Positions 35,401 to 40,853 of a stretch of 64,000 nucleotides of DNA are shown here, piece after piece; the first letter of the stretch is position 1, and each line of letters starts with the position of its first letter. The notes beneath the pieces are model-generated. The model searched no databases. It was not told where the DNA came from and saw only the letters and a list, made by a program, of their open reading frames with translations. The DNA comes from Schmidtea nova (taxonomy: Eukaryota). The DNA lies in assembly GCA_044892505.1 (NCBI GenBank), contig CM097884.1, positions 79,546,001-79,610,000 on the forward strand, read 5' to 3'. The position numbers were made by a program, and so were the translations under genes.

Positions 35401-35564
35401 AAGCGACAGCCATACAATGGCCAGATATCAAAATTATGAAACAAGGAATAGAAATACCAGAAGGGATACAAAAAGAATTTCAAAGAAGAACGAAAGGTAA
35501 AGAATTCTGGAAACAAATAGAAGATAAAGAACGATACGACAGAAGGACAATAATGAAGGTATAG
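20478..35564 (+). CDS. pol: 5028-aa polyprotein: Ubl x3 / AT-hook / Bcl-2-like / Env / PR / dUTPase-like / RT / RNase H / IN / ankyrin x2 / two FN3-like membrane proteins
   Basis: Uninterrupted 15-kb ORF in frame with gag. DTGA (26490), YIDD (27705), TDASG, HHCC, D-D-E and GPY motifs are all intact. Confidence 0.96.
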   Translation: METEINRGERKEIWKRGMMVIMPNKSVFRFQYNVKEEVRILFNKVNQMVPGVTKLPREAFLQIEGAPKVKLEVTDIWENMGVVETKRNVMIIKEIEPEEIPPPVRHETRISRIFKGKMIRRRLKEIDELEKKMRKVEVIEDKSEPTPEIDKNEPELTENIQWETNQIAHINMLRNTTREFSDEEEDSDISSLAGDLLNESEDENKEREVIKTSEPTQIKVDEIQKLLDNSLEVIYNEEFMDKKQYRKFMKVLLQMNYKEWLQDREVDMLNRYVGKLIEEPLLNYTISIIINTSTPRIWIKTPFTDDIYRWVEDRLGSSYKNKFIYSQNRLVKKRTHLVETGIWPGEITLLSICDEKEEENLQEVAKEANTCFERRIKPRLEYEKERVLRKNLNSLIEQIIPQVKKHRKELMRSEYEKLKRCIECIRDTSHTRWSQISHDKLIAKMGKTMFRQGKITDLKISVELPNEDTKEIEVVADCTIKELINVINETLVQREPEDEWEDDIIIQYNEHVLWDHDERRLYKIGIWDNHQTIHVIRMDDTPRETAKDEKRERERRKKVVRKLQQIVEIYRNWRTWPEWENVLEKLNLNRRIRTPVEKQWNEKGKCWEPKEGEYEEEYEREMEDDCKPEMGRVCMVTRKATPIDLDGPETVAIWLEKEKQKTEEFVELLKTNAHGKRKIIKGLADFFVVNGEDITCLRKVAKAIAEYKRVNEWCPEQLDHVIRKWRNQEFSQEIPQKVHLRIIYPNKDKEELWVGIAEKIRDIKKKLRYEPPFHLQHQGRSLDNSLEIGITPAQLDLMNTLTVEAIAGQPLKRKEENHKPHGSISTPSPMKSVLTPGTSSRRSETTPRGNREMTPPQPYDVDEILTDSDDMIEELTELTEEKDDNIFERIQELPTTIQATNPGETEVEEEIIIEEINDLAEDETRGTNVENVRLTQEMERWLEERANEPRDVTEETGRATRFVETGTGMDRRPRGRPKTDPANVVIRNKDEKRQDQWEVCLKKLNKIAEIKEKETTPICQGEEWISKTIMEILAIIDPELKKYWRITEISEKAKSLHSAIAPILPEFIKEKTKSNHLDWQGTTTLIKKLTEGAETDNKYVIAIAYTIYNLLTLSRGRPKPTALERHIKNTAKIIAREIEPYIINKGGWETFIKTNQKKTQAKNMKKKFEKILEELEKEQAGTGNAKSSMNLSSIIMMMLIWMISTDSATAFEVFDCDQMKLGEKYSLRGTEQCKDATPVELQKIKKEQWYHVYQEAELIKTMVNECKVQKTRFAFYCGRGHYSAIVMPGTEREPIVLQGEDCEALFKHGEVTTRDKIKIRGKPGMMLQQTYYVAGRITGGEGYCQGETYPIFGVPATNLVVMDTYIVELKSYEAFFEPTTGEMKTLSMCKIDRSMCQTGMSTLVYKPKVNECQLQLLQGAKFDEIQGKTFQEEDDDDKARAKHLKEALENKKQLKPDHREKRIEMRATPTVLITTNQDVGMRFIKGKATLKCSTTVYETNYPGIYVSKQEVPNAKPKIDTMDIKLHLYVNNKMDFLFHRGQASLQKVYYDLINNDCILNREILKTKLAVAITNPDSAMPLLPLREGHFGRVVGEAMYVYICEKTHAPLAATTQLKPGTCTNELEIDYKGKVRYVQPVTRIINPPGFEPNPFNCSNAYGPLYQKPDGKWVMFPGRSEVIAPREFELMQLSKDRQFSDVDVSNNGIYSPKDLEAARQNILFPARREALLSNIVTITGGTNYREGPNYELLLSPAHFKKATENMMKAMWGRFLIFGQMMAGILGVILIIQIVRVIITQMLACFDIYKREKKVNWKMVVGFLPFLAKTMVLHGHSKDIHRIKRLLKILAKMKGTDEEVGRKFKKIMNDEQARQQLKRERKGLWERVKGYKTQNDSSDDDDDDDDYKGGQVYKNQAPQYIEKNPADAWKCYAPPPTMYQEPLQGGRTTTMQMMPMTNVYPMIPEDYKMRRCRSVDPQGDAHTIAVMSSNTGPVLTTTIEINGREIEAMIDTGANISAIDIKWIPQEQRREIERTNVHVIACSKEVVEVAGRWWVKIRHLNTEIDTYVAVIPALSVPCIIGTDLMPALFKEIVIDLGTMRLKDRTGQICAIEAKVTSSKQMIIPARKEKICYVKIDPTIQGDMIFEPSKRFEKRKALPMARGLVNINDNGEIPINVVNFNEEDKIIYENERLGKLTPMMDIELPIAGAEKDKEPTWNIDSELLNENQKKQLEKLLTEYKDIFATSDLDLGTCDVTLHTIPLTDETPIALRPYKLAEAQKAVAEAEVKKMLDAEVIEPSCSPWQFPVVMVKKKDGTQRFCIDYRRLNTVTKRDTYPLPDINEMLLTLQGAVHFTSLDLKSGYWQIKMKEEDKEKTAFTIGRDLYQFRKMPFGLTNAPASFQRCMNFVTHGIKQCMVYIDDLLIYSSTFEQHIQDIRDVFVRLRQWKLKLKPSKCDWAKEKVTFLGHIVSAKGKEPDPRNIDKVKECPVPKTITQIQEFLGLCGYYRKFIKDYAGIAKPIQELVKKDVSFIWGDEQQTAFETLRDKLITAPILVHPDFKKPFLLATDASGYAAGAVLGQYDDEGKERVIGYYSRTFKKHEKNYSVTEREALAIILAIKHFKYLLWGHIICITTDHQPLVWLGQHKETSSRLMRWAMQLQEYSPDIKFKSGRANANADCMSRLTFPELTDPDVQRICVLIAEDLDFSELKKDQQEDKELGQIIEFLTSRNMEVFKDNKELKEHIGKYQHRYIINKGWLLIQDGEKRSMCLPENRRKEIMIQYHDGKLGGHMSEKKTINRMRQKYYWRTMEEDIKEWIKNCLTCATRKDSGKKWKNPLQPMPIPAEPMTTIAMDVIGPLPESLNGNIYILVITDYLTKFPEAFAMQDQKAKTVAKILVEEICCRYGTPKQILTDQGTNFMSELLNEVTNYFRIAKLRTSPYHPQTNGQTERFNGTLIRMLSNYVSRHQTDWDEYIKLCLMAYRMSIHAATKLSPFQLMYGRECNMPIDLEYQPPLSQYMEDDDYVTKFKERMQEIWKTAELNIKFYQESYKDLHDQKKNVKANDLKPGDWVIIETPEIIPGTVKKLQRPGRGPYEIIYKKDNNVKVKLINRPLIRPIYVNTCRCKKVPKTITTTPENRIITRSQTARINMLRANATEDDKAEIRQKEIRNKEIILKAREIMGRWHVRDEAGISRDIRHIISRYAQGLPTEPIISELLIKIPEILLLKDVGGQPALHNAIECKNIERAKEFLKIAKETNQNLDVGNREQETPLMTAAIHQADKEMIDLLIKAHFSWTERDREDKTVLNHVIWSSHQPMLKYIIANSTWEIDELVKGDIIKEAIKIGKCNTIRKLIKWKRPEDDTWVLDINEVYSEGQNALLRYLLKFTCDQKTLLTLLDRGNINITKNEEEHKFDKEKEVLFNKIRKWCAKPLDKLITYKDINNFNDKYQTIVSEYEELVKILNHPEKCKQVLEKKERESNKKLTPLFKAEAPYQARLDAIQEKAKELLPEFENSKHALEILGALVEKVHAYAKGTYNGNDITTIKKEMPVTFLLPKDRIMPIHRALRNGKDKKVMEIARVMLSCGSNMNMVDEKGDTLMIFAARAKTKTKVLEELYKAGAGLTGKTDKDNSILDVALLTHNWEMVNFIKTISNQEEIDYLTDTVRKPSVLTMMHNVELTEAILTWINPNTNEPAFRINEFTEHNQNWCIRSALITYKWPEILKMFMERKDLRITTSPKEEKYTGKWKELMKTYINNWIKAKKEILEYKSTNKVIPEQVETQEFEASNLTTLAYAKLIEEINVEDDIFDEPGGDDNTDSDDDNNSENSNDHEPPDKEENERKDKKRDKEEKKNEDEKQKDEDGEQGKNDQGDKNDTQRTGYKSTIKPFFKPELLLLTVILTLINPSQGMTCEERAIIQIKNAKGIERVCWSKKDKITEQNSPMDCRISEHEQEIIEINDLDLNTWYKICTVRKQKHPRSHNTIACAKYQTPKAAMTIQQSPKGDYIIEKCGRTETQGTENKKPQAIDKQTTPTIRITIERPEARVATNETERVTYQMEVLCLALILIIIKRLEEGIEIETMTITEVEDTQNTNIKCWARNNEEIGVNEIRKSRKPTTNKVIKVSEVKADKTYKLCLLEKERNKKGTTKCKTFQPGEVIKFRRRTRKRNKQIKRKVNITLEIKEIEPNVKGVCWRKYEKEVNKRTTPQCRTNTGTTTIQIKGLESKQTYEICLVKKNDQITINDLECGIYTTSSGTRTKTLTRKNKRKQQNKEKPKYTTTFKNNKQPTNQEVTTKPERKTSATLTLWKIENKTLEICWIIVQKHIRRQSRECRKTNKEIKIEKLQFNSEYEVCAIEIMDALGNQQERCETYYTPANATSKGITRKLEFRELSQTNEQMDAEKTITDPQAKWTPEEVIKEVKRKQEEREQLMRKLKGQYGIMFNQSESIQTDENKEIKELIGLGILTATIPVIIALSAIWIRKISPRKSTTQWLNIDNTSHGVEILEAREEPRSTRNEKEAKGGKLGMNNEDKEIEEIKSKETKYERRTRSLPQSSKWLGLTIILTLINREEAINPQTGIKVINVQEVEKICWYREDEPIGENNPLKCIIRKSDQDIVRIEEMDGGTMHRICIIKKEKKSGLPKTVVCQKYETPRLEWYRVKPTKKEIKNTIDQPATQIRNTTDKPGEGERSTNNTRERISPQQECVCIALILAMSKRLDRGIIIEQMAITIRKTSSNKLCWGTYNEPRKEYQVQTSDESQTNKEIEIQEIQMNEEGSICIWERGIQEGIEHCKTFQKGEVLKFDEEKLTKTERTLTITGLDQTVKGICWTKHNPEGEEDNLTHCKETGNKEKVELKKMEVNKTYAICTFTRKGSEKPECGLYQISEKLQQQIKPGNVENRTKENNVKQLLNRHWSTQEVMNKVKSQIQKEKKPEAQTQNEIKANQKKIKATNRGKTVIGLISIGILIAYGILTTSIIVYWRYRKRNKATAIQWPDIKIMKQGIEIPEGIQKEFQRRTKGKEFWKQIEDKERYDRRTIMKV
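21330..22890 (+). other. Three ubiquitin-like (beta-grasp) domains in the polyprotein (~21330-21535, 21849-22090, 22689-22890)
   Basis: Second copy LKISVELPNEDTKEIEV...TIKEL...IQYNEHVL..ERRLYKIGI....TIHVI follows the ubiquitin pattern. The other two are weaker. No terminal GG. Confidence 0.55.
23540..23940 (+). other. Bcl-2-like domain in the polyprotein
   Basis: BH2-like IEPYIINKGGWETFIK (compare WIxxxGGWxxF), preceded by helical segments. The BH1 position lacks the canonical NWGR. Confidence 0.6.
24048..25970 (+). other. env: Envelope glycoprotein domain, chuvirus G-like: signal 24048-24107, ectodomain from 24108, TM ~25782-25856
   Basis: Signal-like SIIMMMLIWMISTDSATA, then FEVFDC...SL....C...Q...V.EC.......CG..H.S.....C....G. 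About 560 aa of Cys-rich ectodomain and a TM helix. Confidence 0.8.
26430..26780 (+). other. Aspartic protease domain
   Basis: AMIDTGANIS and CIIGTDLM. Confidence 0.93.
26795..27055 (+). other. Degenerate dUTPase-like beta domain between PR and RT
   Basis: IPAR......V...ARGLV.....IPINVVN......I....RLG pattern. Catalytic motifs not evident. Confidence 0.55.
27130..28500 (+). other. Reverse transcriptase and RNase H
   Basis: RFCIDYRRLN, LDLKSGYWQI, MPFGLTNAP, YIDD, FLGH, TDASG, EREALAI, TDHQPL and NADCMSR. Confidence 0.97.
28530..29880 (+). other. Integrase (HHCC, DDE, GPY/F)
   Basis: H...GGH...CLTC, MDVIGP, TDQG, YHPQTNGQTERFN and GPYEI. Confidence 0.96.
30050..31650 (+). other. Two blocks of ankyrin repeats in the polyprotein
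   Basis: GQPALHNAI, ETPLMTAA, KTVLNHVI and QNALL, then MPIHRAL, GDTLMIFAA and NSILDVAL, at ~33-35-aa spacing. Confidence 0.85.
32121..35564 (+). other. Two tandem paralogous type-I membrane protein units with Cys-containing FN3-like repeats (4 + 3 modules)
   Basis: Signals at 32121-32168 and 34110-34157, TMs at 33816-33881 and 35310-35381. Repeated module CW...C...I..L....Y.IC...C..Y.T. Confidence 0.7.
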
Positions 35565-35689
35565 GGGCGGATTATGACTGTAAATAATAGTGTAAATAAC
35601 AAAGCATTACCGTAATAGTATGGGTATCGATATTATAAAAATTGTAAAAAGATAGAAAAGCAAAGTAAATGATGTATATAATTTAGAAA

Positions 35690-36046
35690 ATGACCGAACA
35701 GGACGAAACAACTGAAATAACTATGGCCATGAGATGGAAAGCACAATGCGATTTATTAGTACGGGCAGTCAACTCATTACAGAACCAATTAGCGGAAAAA
35801 CAAATGTTACTATCAGAAAGTTACAATAATTGTTTTGAACAATTACACAGAATAGAGGAACAACAAAGAGTGATAACCGAGCTCACCAGAGAAAATCAAA
35901 CTATAAGCAACATCAATCAAAGACAAGCGATAGAAATAAACCACTTGACACGAGGAGAAAGAGAAGAATCTGAAGAAGGATGGATGAGTTGGGTAATAAA
36001 TAGATTAAACAACGAAGCGGAACCAGATTCAACGAATGAGCCATAG
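35690..36046 (+). CDS. Small coiled-coil protein, 118 aa
   Basis: Clean ATG to stop, heptad pattern, same codon style as the element. Confidence 0.7.
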   Translation: MTEQDETTEITMAMRWKAQCDLLVRAVNSLQNQLAEKQMLLSESYNNCFEQLHRIEEQQRVITELTRENQTISNINQRQAIEINHLTRGEREESEEGWMSWVINRLNNEAEPDSTNEP

Positions 36047-36138
36047 ATAAATAAAGCGAAAAACTGTAAATATGTAAAAATAAAAACAAGAAAAATCAAA
36101 AATAAATGACAAGTCGAATGTATATATTATTGTAGAAA

Positions 36139-37515
36139 ATGGACAGAGAAGAACGAACAATCGAAATCTTGAGATTAGAAAACAGAAAATGGAGCAAGAG
36201 GCTCACATGCGGGAAGTGTAACAATTTATTACGAGAACCTAGACAAACGATATGTGGATGTAGAATATGTACAAAATGTATACAAGAATTAGATGCAACA
36301 GGAATAACAACATGCCCAGAATGTAAAGAAGGAAGAATAGTGTTGGACGAAACCAGAACGGATAAAGCAACCCAGAGAGAAATTATGAGCACCATAACGG
36401 AGTGCGTAAATACACCTTGTACATGGCAAGGACAAATAAGCAATCTAGAAAATCACATGGAAAATTGCGAAGAGAAAAGAGCCGAATGCGAGAAGTGTCA
36501 ACAGATAATAATTCTAAAGAAGAAAGAACAACACAAGGACGAATGTAAAGAAGAAGAAATCGCATGCAAGTATTGTGAAACTCGAGAGACAAGGAGGAGA
36601 ATCGAAGAAGAACACTTAAATATAACAGAGGAGAAAGTATGCGGACAATATGTAAGCAAATGTCCAAACAATTGCGAAATAACAGAAGAAATAAAGTTAC
36701 ATGAACATTGGAAAATATGTACCGAAAGGCCAAGAGAATGTCCATATAACAAGCATGGATGCAAGGAAAAGCGGACGCGAAAAACAATGAAACAACACTT
36801 GGAGGAAGCAGCATTAATGCATGTGGAGATGACAAACGAGGCGGCAAAAGAAACAGAACAGACAATCCAGAAACTGGAAAAGGAAGTAGAATCACATAAA
36901 ATAATGATGAGTTTACTACTAGAAACAAGAGAGCAGTTTGAACTAACTCGCAAAAGAATGGAAGAAAAAATAATAGCCATAGAAGAATTGGGAAAAGGAA
37001 TGAAAATACAATATAATCAATTAATACGAGAAATTGACGAAAGAAAGGACTTACCAATTGCACCTTACCTATGGAAAATAACAGATTTTAGAGACAAACT
37101 AACAGAGGCCCGAAATATGACTAAAACAGCAGTAATAAGCCCACCATTTTATTTATGGAAAAATGGGGTTAAAATAAGATTGAAAGTATACCCAAATGGA
37201 GACGGAAGAGGACAAGGAACACACGTGTCAATATTTTTCTCGTTATGTAAAGGAGAATACGATGACCTAATAGAATGGCCCTTGAAAGTAGGAGTCATTA
37301 TAAGAATCAAAAGTATAGGAAAACCAGTAGAAAAGTTCTTTGAAACAGACAAACATACGAGTACAAGCGAAAAACCAACAACAGAATGCGGACTAGCAGC
37401 AGGAGAACCAATGTTTATAAGGAAAGAAAACCTATGGGAGCGACTGTATGCAGACACGCTATACATAGAGATGGAGAGGCATGAGAAAACAGACAGAAAA
37501 GGATGGTTGGCGTAA
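36139..37515 (+). CDS. TRAF-family protein (RING, TRAF zinc fingers, coiled coil, MATH), intronless
   Basis: CGKC...CGCRICTKC...CPEC, several TRAF-type zinc fingers, and MATH motifs YLWKITDF, SPPFY and YPNGDGRGQGTHVSIF...GEYDDLIEWP. Confidence 0.95.
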   Translation: MDREERTIEILRLENRKWSKRLTCGKCNNLLREPRQTICGCRICTKCIQELDATGITTCPECKEGRIVLDETRTDKATQREIMSTITECVNTPCTWQGQISNLENHMENCEEKRAECEKCQQIIILKKKEQHKDECKEEEIACKYCETRETRRRIEEEHLNITEEKVCGQYVSKCPNNCEITEEIKLHEHWKICTERPRECPYNKHGCKEKRTRKTMKQHLEEAALMHVEMTNEAAKETEQTIQKLEKEVESHKIMMSLLLETREQFELTRKRMEEKIIAIEELGKGMKIQYNQLIREIDERKDLPIAPYLWKITDFRDKLTEARNMTKTAVISPPFYLWKNGVKIRLKVYPNGDGRGQGTHVSIFFSLCKGEYDDLIEWPLKVGVIIRIKSIGKPVEKFFETDKHTSTSEKPTTECGLAAGEPMFIRKENLWERLYADTLYIEMERHEKTDRKGWLA

Positions 37516-37626
37516 TGAAGAAAGTAACCATGTAAATAAACTGTATAAAACAATATGAAATAACAAATAATCAAAAACAATAAAAATAAAAACTGATTAA
37601 ATATTCTTTTATCTGTAATTATAGAA

Positions 37627-38689
37627 ATGGGAAATATAGAGGTAACCTTACAAGAAGTAACCGTACATCAAGACGAAATGATCAGAAATCACATGGAGCG
37701 GATTGGGATATGGATTCACGCCTATTATCGAAAACAGGAGGAATTAGAAAGACAAACCCAAGCACTAAGAGAAGCCGAGAAATCGAATCAAAGAAGTCGA
37801 GAAAAAATAGAAGAAGTCTACAAACTGCTAAGACAACAAAACGAATACTACAAAGGGATGATGAAAGAGCGACGAGAGGATAGGGATAGACAACAGATAA
37901 AAACAGACCATAAGATTCAGTCAATCACAGAACAAGCAAGATATTGGAAAAAAAGAGGCAAAAGACTCTTACAAGGAAGCAAGGGAGATAATAGAACGAA
38001 CAGCGTACAGCGATGATTGGAAACTGTTTAAAGAGATCGATGAATTAAAAGAAGAATTAGGGAAAAAGATCAGTCAAGAAGCGTCAAATAAAGTATGGAG
38101 TAAGAAAAGACAACAATTCATCAGGGAACAAGCCAAGAAAATTAAAGAATTAACTCACCAAGTGCAAAGAATGGGAGAAGATTTAGCCAATCAAGAACAA
38201 TTAAAAGGTATGCTGACCGGAATGTGGAATCACAAGGAAGAAAACATGAAAAGAGACATAAATGGATATCAAGGAGTGATTACCCAGAAGAAAATAGAAT
38301 TAAAAAGAACTAAAGAAAGACTGGAAGAAACGAGGCAGAGTTATGAAGAGAACATAACAAATTTGACAAAAGAAAACGAAGAACTGAGAAAGAAGCTAAC
38401 AGAAAAACCAGTACCCACAAAGGAAACAAGTATCACAGCAGCAGTGACCGAAATGATAGAGAAAGAAGAGAGAGAGAAAAAATTAGCAGAACTAGAAAAA
38501 CAAATAGAAACCCTAACAGAGCAGGCGAACTATCTGGAATACTTATTAGATGAAGAGATCCAGATATCCCACACGTACCGAGAGGAAGTGGAAATGTGGA
38601 GGAGTACGGTAATATGGATGCCACTCCCCATAAATCAGGTGGAACCTCAAGACGAAGGTTTTCACGAACCTAACGAAACCCTCGTGTAA
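37627..38689 (+). CDS. Long coiled-coil protein (~353 aa) split by a 1-nt frameshift in an A7 run at 37948-37954
   Basis: Removing one A joins ORF 37627 to an open frame (KEAKDSYKEARE...) that continues into ORF 38162-38689. Confidence 0.7.
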
Positions 38690-38768
38690 ATGAGCGGAAA
38701 CCAATTGTAAATAGATGATGTAAAATAAAAAGCGTCAAGCTGTATTGACTCCTATGTAAAGATAGAAA

Positions 38769-39329
38769 ATGAGAAAGCTCGCAATACCAATACTCCTAGG
38801 GTTAATAACCATCACCCTACAGAGAGAAGATCTACAACTTACCGAAACCCAATTACGAGTTCTACCCGACAAAACCTACCAAAAAGTAGACAGCCTAATC
38901 GAAGAAGTAATTAAAGAAATCAACGAATTCCGACAGAAATATCCCCACAATCAAGATCATCAAATCCAACAAATCTTAGATAACCAACAACTGAAACTAA
39001 AAGAAACCCAAAAAACCCTGAAAGAAGGTAGAGAGCCCATAAAAAGCCTAGCCCAAGCTGAAATAGAATATCAAGAGAAATGGATCATAGCAATCATCAT
39101 AATCCTCTCAATCAGCGTAACTATCATCGCAATCACAATCCTGATTGCCTCCTACCGGATAAAAATCCTCAAACAGAAACAAACCATCGTCAACCAAACA
39201 TCAAGGCGAGACAACCGAACCCAAAGACGTATGAGAAACCATCTAGATCGAATTCAGACCCACTACGAATTAGCTACAATCAATGAGAGAACTCAAACCC
39301 AACCCAATGCGAGCCGGAGGATCGAATAG
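38769..39329 (+). CDS. Small type-I membrane protein (signal peptide, helical ectodomain, TM, basic tail), 186 aa
   Basis: MRKLAIPILLGLITITLQ and WIIAIIIILSISVTIIAITILIA. Confidence 0.75.
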   Translation: MRKLAIPILLGLITITLQREDLQLTETQLRVLPDKTYQKVDSLIEEVIKEINEFRQKYPHNQDHQIQQILDNQQLKLKETQKTLKEGREPIKSLAQAEIEYQEKWIIAIIIILSISVTIIAITILIASYRIKILKQKQTIVNQTSRRDNRTQRRMRNHLDRIQTHYELATINERTQTQPNASRRIE

Positions 39330-40853
39330 ACTTTGTGAACATTTCTGATGAACCTTTGACTATCCTGTGACAATAATCTGATAATATTCAACTATCCTAT
39401 GACAAATCTTATGATGTATATAAATTCTATCACCTTAAGTGATTTTCTTTGTGTTTATGTGTATATCTGTAAAACTTTTTATGTATGATGTTATAAGTAG
39501 ATATGTATAATTAATTGCGGGACGCAATTTTAGGGGTCCCCGAGTGATGTTGGGCCCACCAATTGGTCTAAAAAGGCAAAAATATTGTACTAATTTAAAC
39601 AATAAATACAAATAATAACCACAAAAAACATTCGAAAAACCTAAATTAAAAATTAAAATAAAATAATAAATAATAAATAATAATTACTAAATTTCCAGCA
39701 AAGGAAGAAAATCAAATTGACACGAGAACGAGCAGTATGGGGGTCTGAAATAAGAAAATTACAAATAAAATCAAATAAAAGTACAATTAATTGGTTAATT
39801 ACTTGAAAAAATCGAGACCACCCAGCGAGAAATCTGAACCGGAAATTTAAAATGGTTTATATTAAAATAAAATAACAAAATTACTTTGATGGACGGCCTG
39901 ATCCTGATTGGTCAATCTGACCAACTGGATCAGTATAAATACCGATCCAAAAATCATACAAAAAACACCTAAAAACTTAGCTACCGAACTAATCTATCAT
40001 AGTCAGTTACACCAACTTTGATACGACGAATATTGTGTAAAATTTTGGAAACGCTGCATCTTGGATTTTAAGAGTAAATTTTGTTGTATTGTATTTGCAT
40101 TAATTTTATGATATGTTTACATGATTCCCATTTATTTCATTTCATTTAATATAATTTATTACTATTAATTGCTCTATTTTTCTTATGCTATTATTTTATG
40201 ATATGATAAATATACTTCCTCAGTAGCTCACGCTGCGAGGGAGCAAGCCGTAAATGTGGGATTTCACCGTTCCACAAGATGGTGAGCAGAGTTTTTATTG
40301 GTATTTTTTATTTAATTTAATTTTATCGGAGGTTTCACGTTACGGTAAAGTTGTGCAGGGACAAGGACACGAGTAAAATTAGTAGACAGTGTTTAACATT
40401 AGTCAATTAACATTCGATCAGACAGGAGAGAATAAACTACAGTATCAATTATCATGTCAATCGATTTCGCATATGCACACGATTTTTTTTGAACCCACAT
40501 AGCTGATCGAAATAATGTCCGGACACACCGAGACGATTTCGACATTTCAACGATAATTTCAATTAGGATATAAATAACCACATAATCAGATCGACGCTAC
40601 TGATTGAATAAGTAAAATCGTAACCTGATCGCTGTAAATAGCGCAGGTGATAGTATGTAAATTTTTAATAAACATATCCCGATCGCTGTAGATAGCGACG
40701 GTGTTAATTGAATAGCTTAGAAAATATTTTTTTATTCCTCCCTTTCATATTTTTTTTGTTTTGTTGATCAACGAGAGAAACACATTTCATCAGGTCTCAC
40801 CAAAATTTGCGGATTCGTCACAGTAAAATTTATTAGCATTATTATTTTCTCAG

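Noticed and set aside
18467-38624. Many minus-strand ORFs rich in Ser/Phe/Leu/Ile opposite the giant ORFs
   Set aside because: These are shadows of the A-rich sense strand, with no recognisable motifs.
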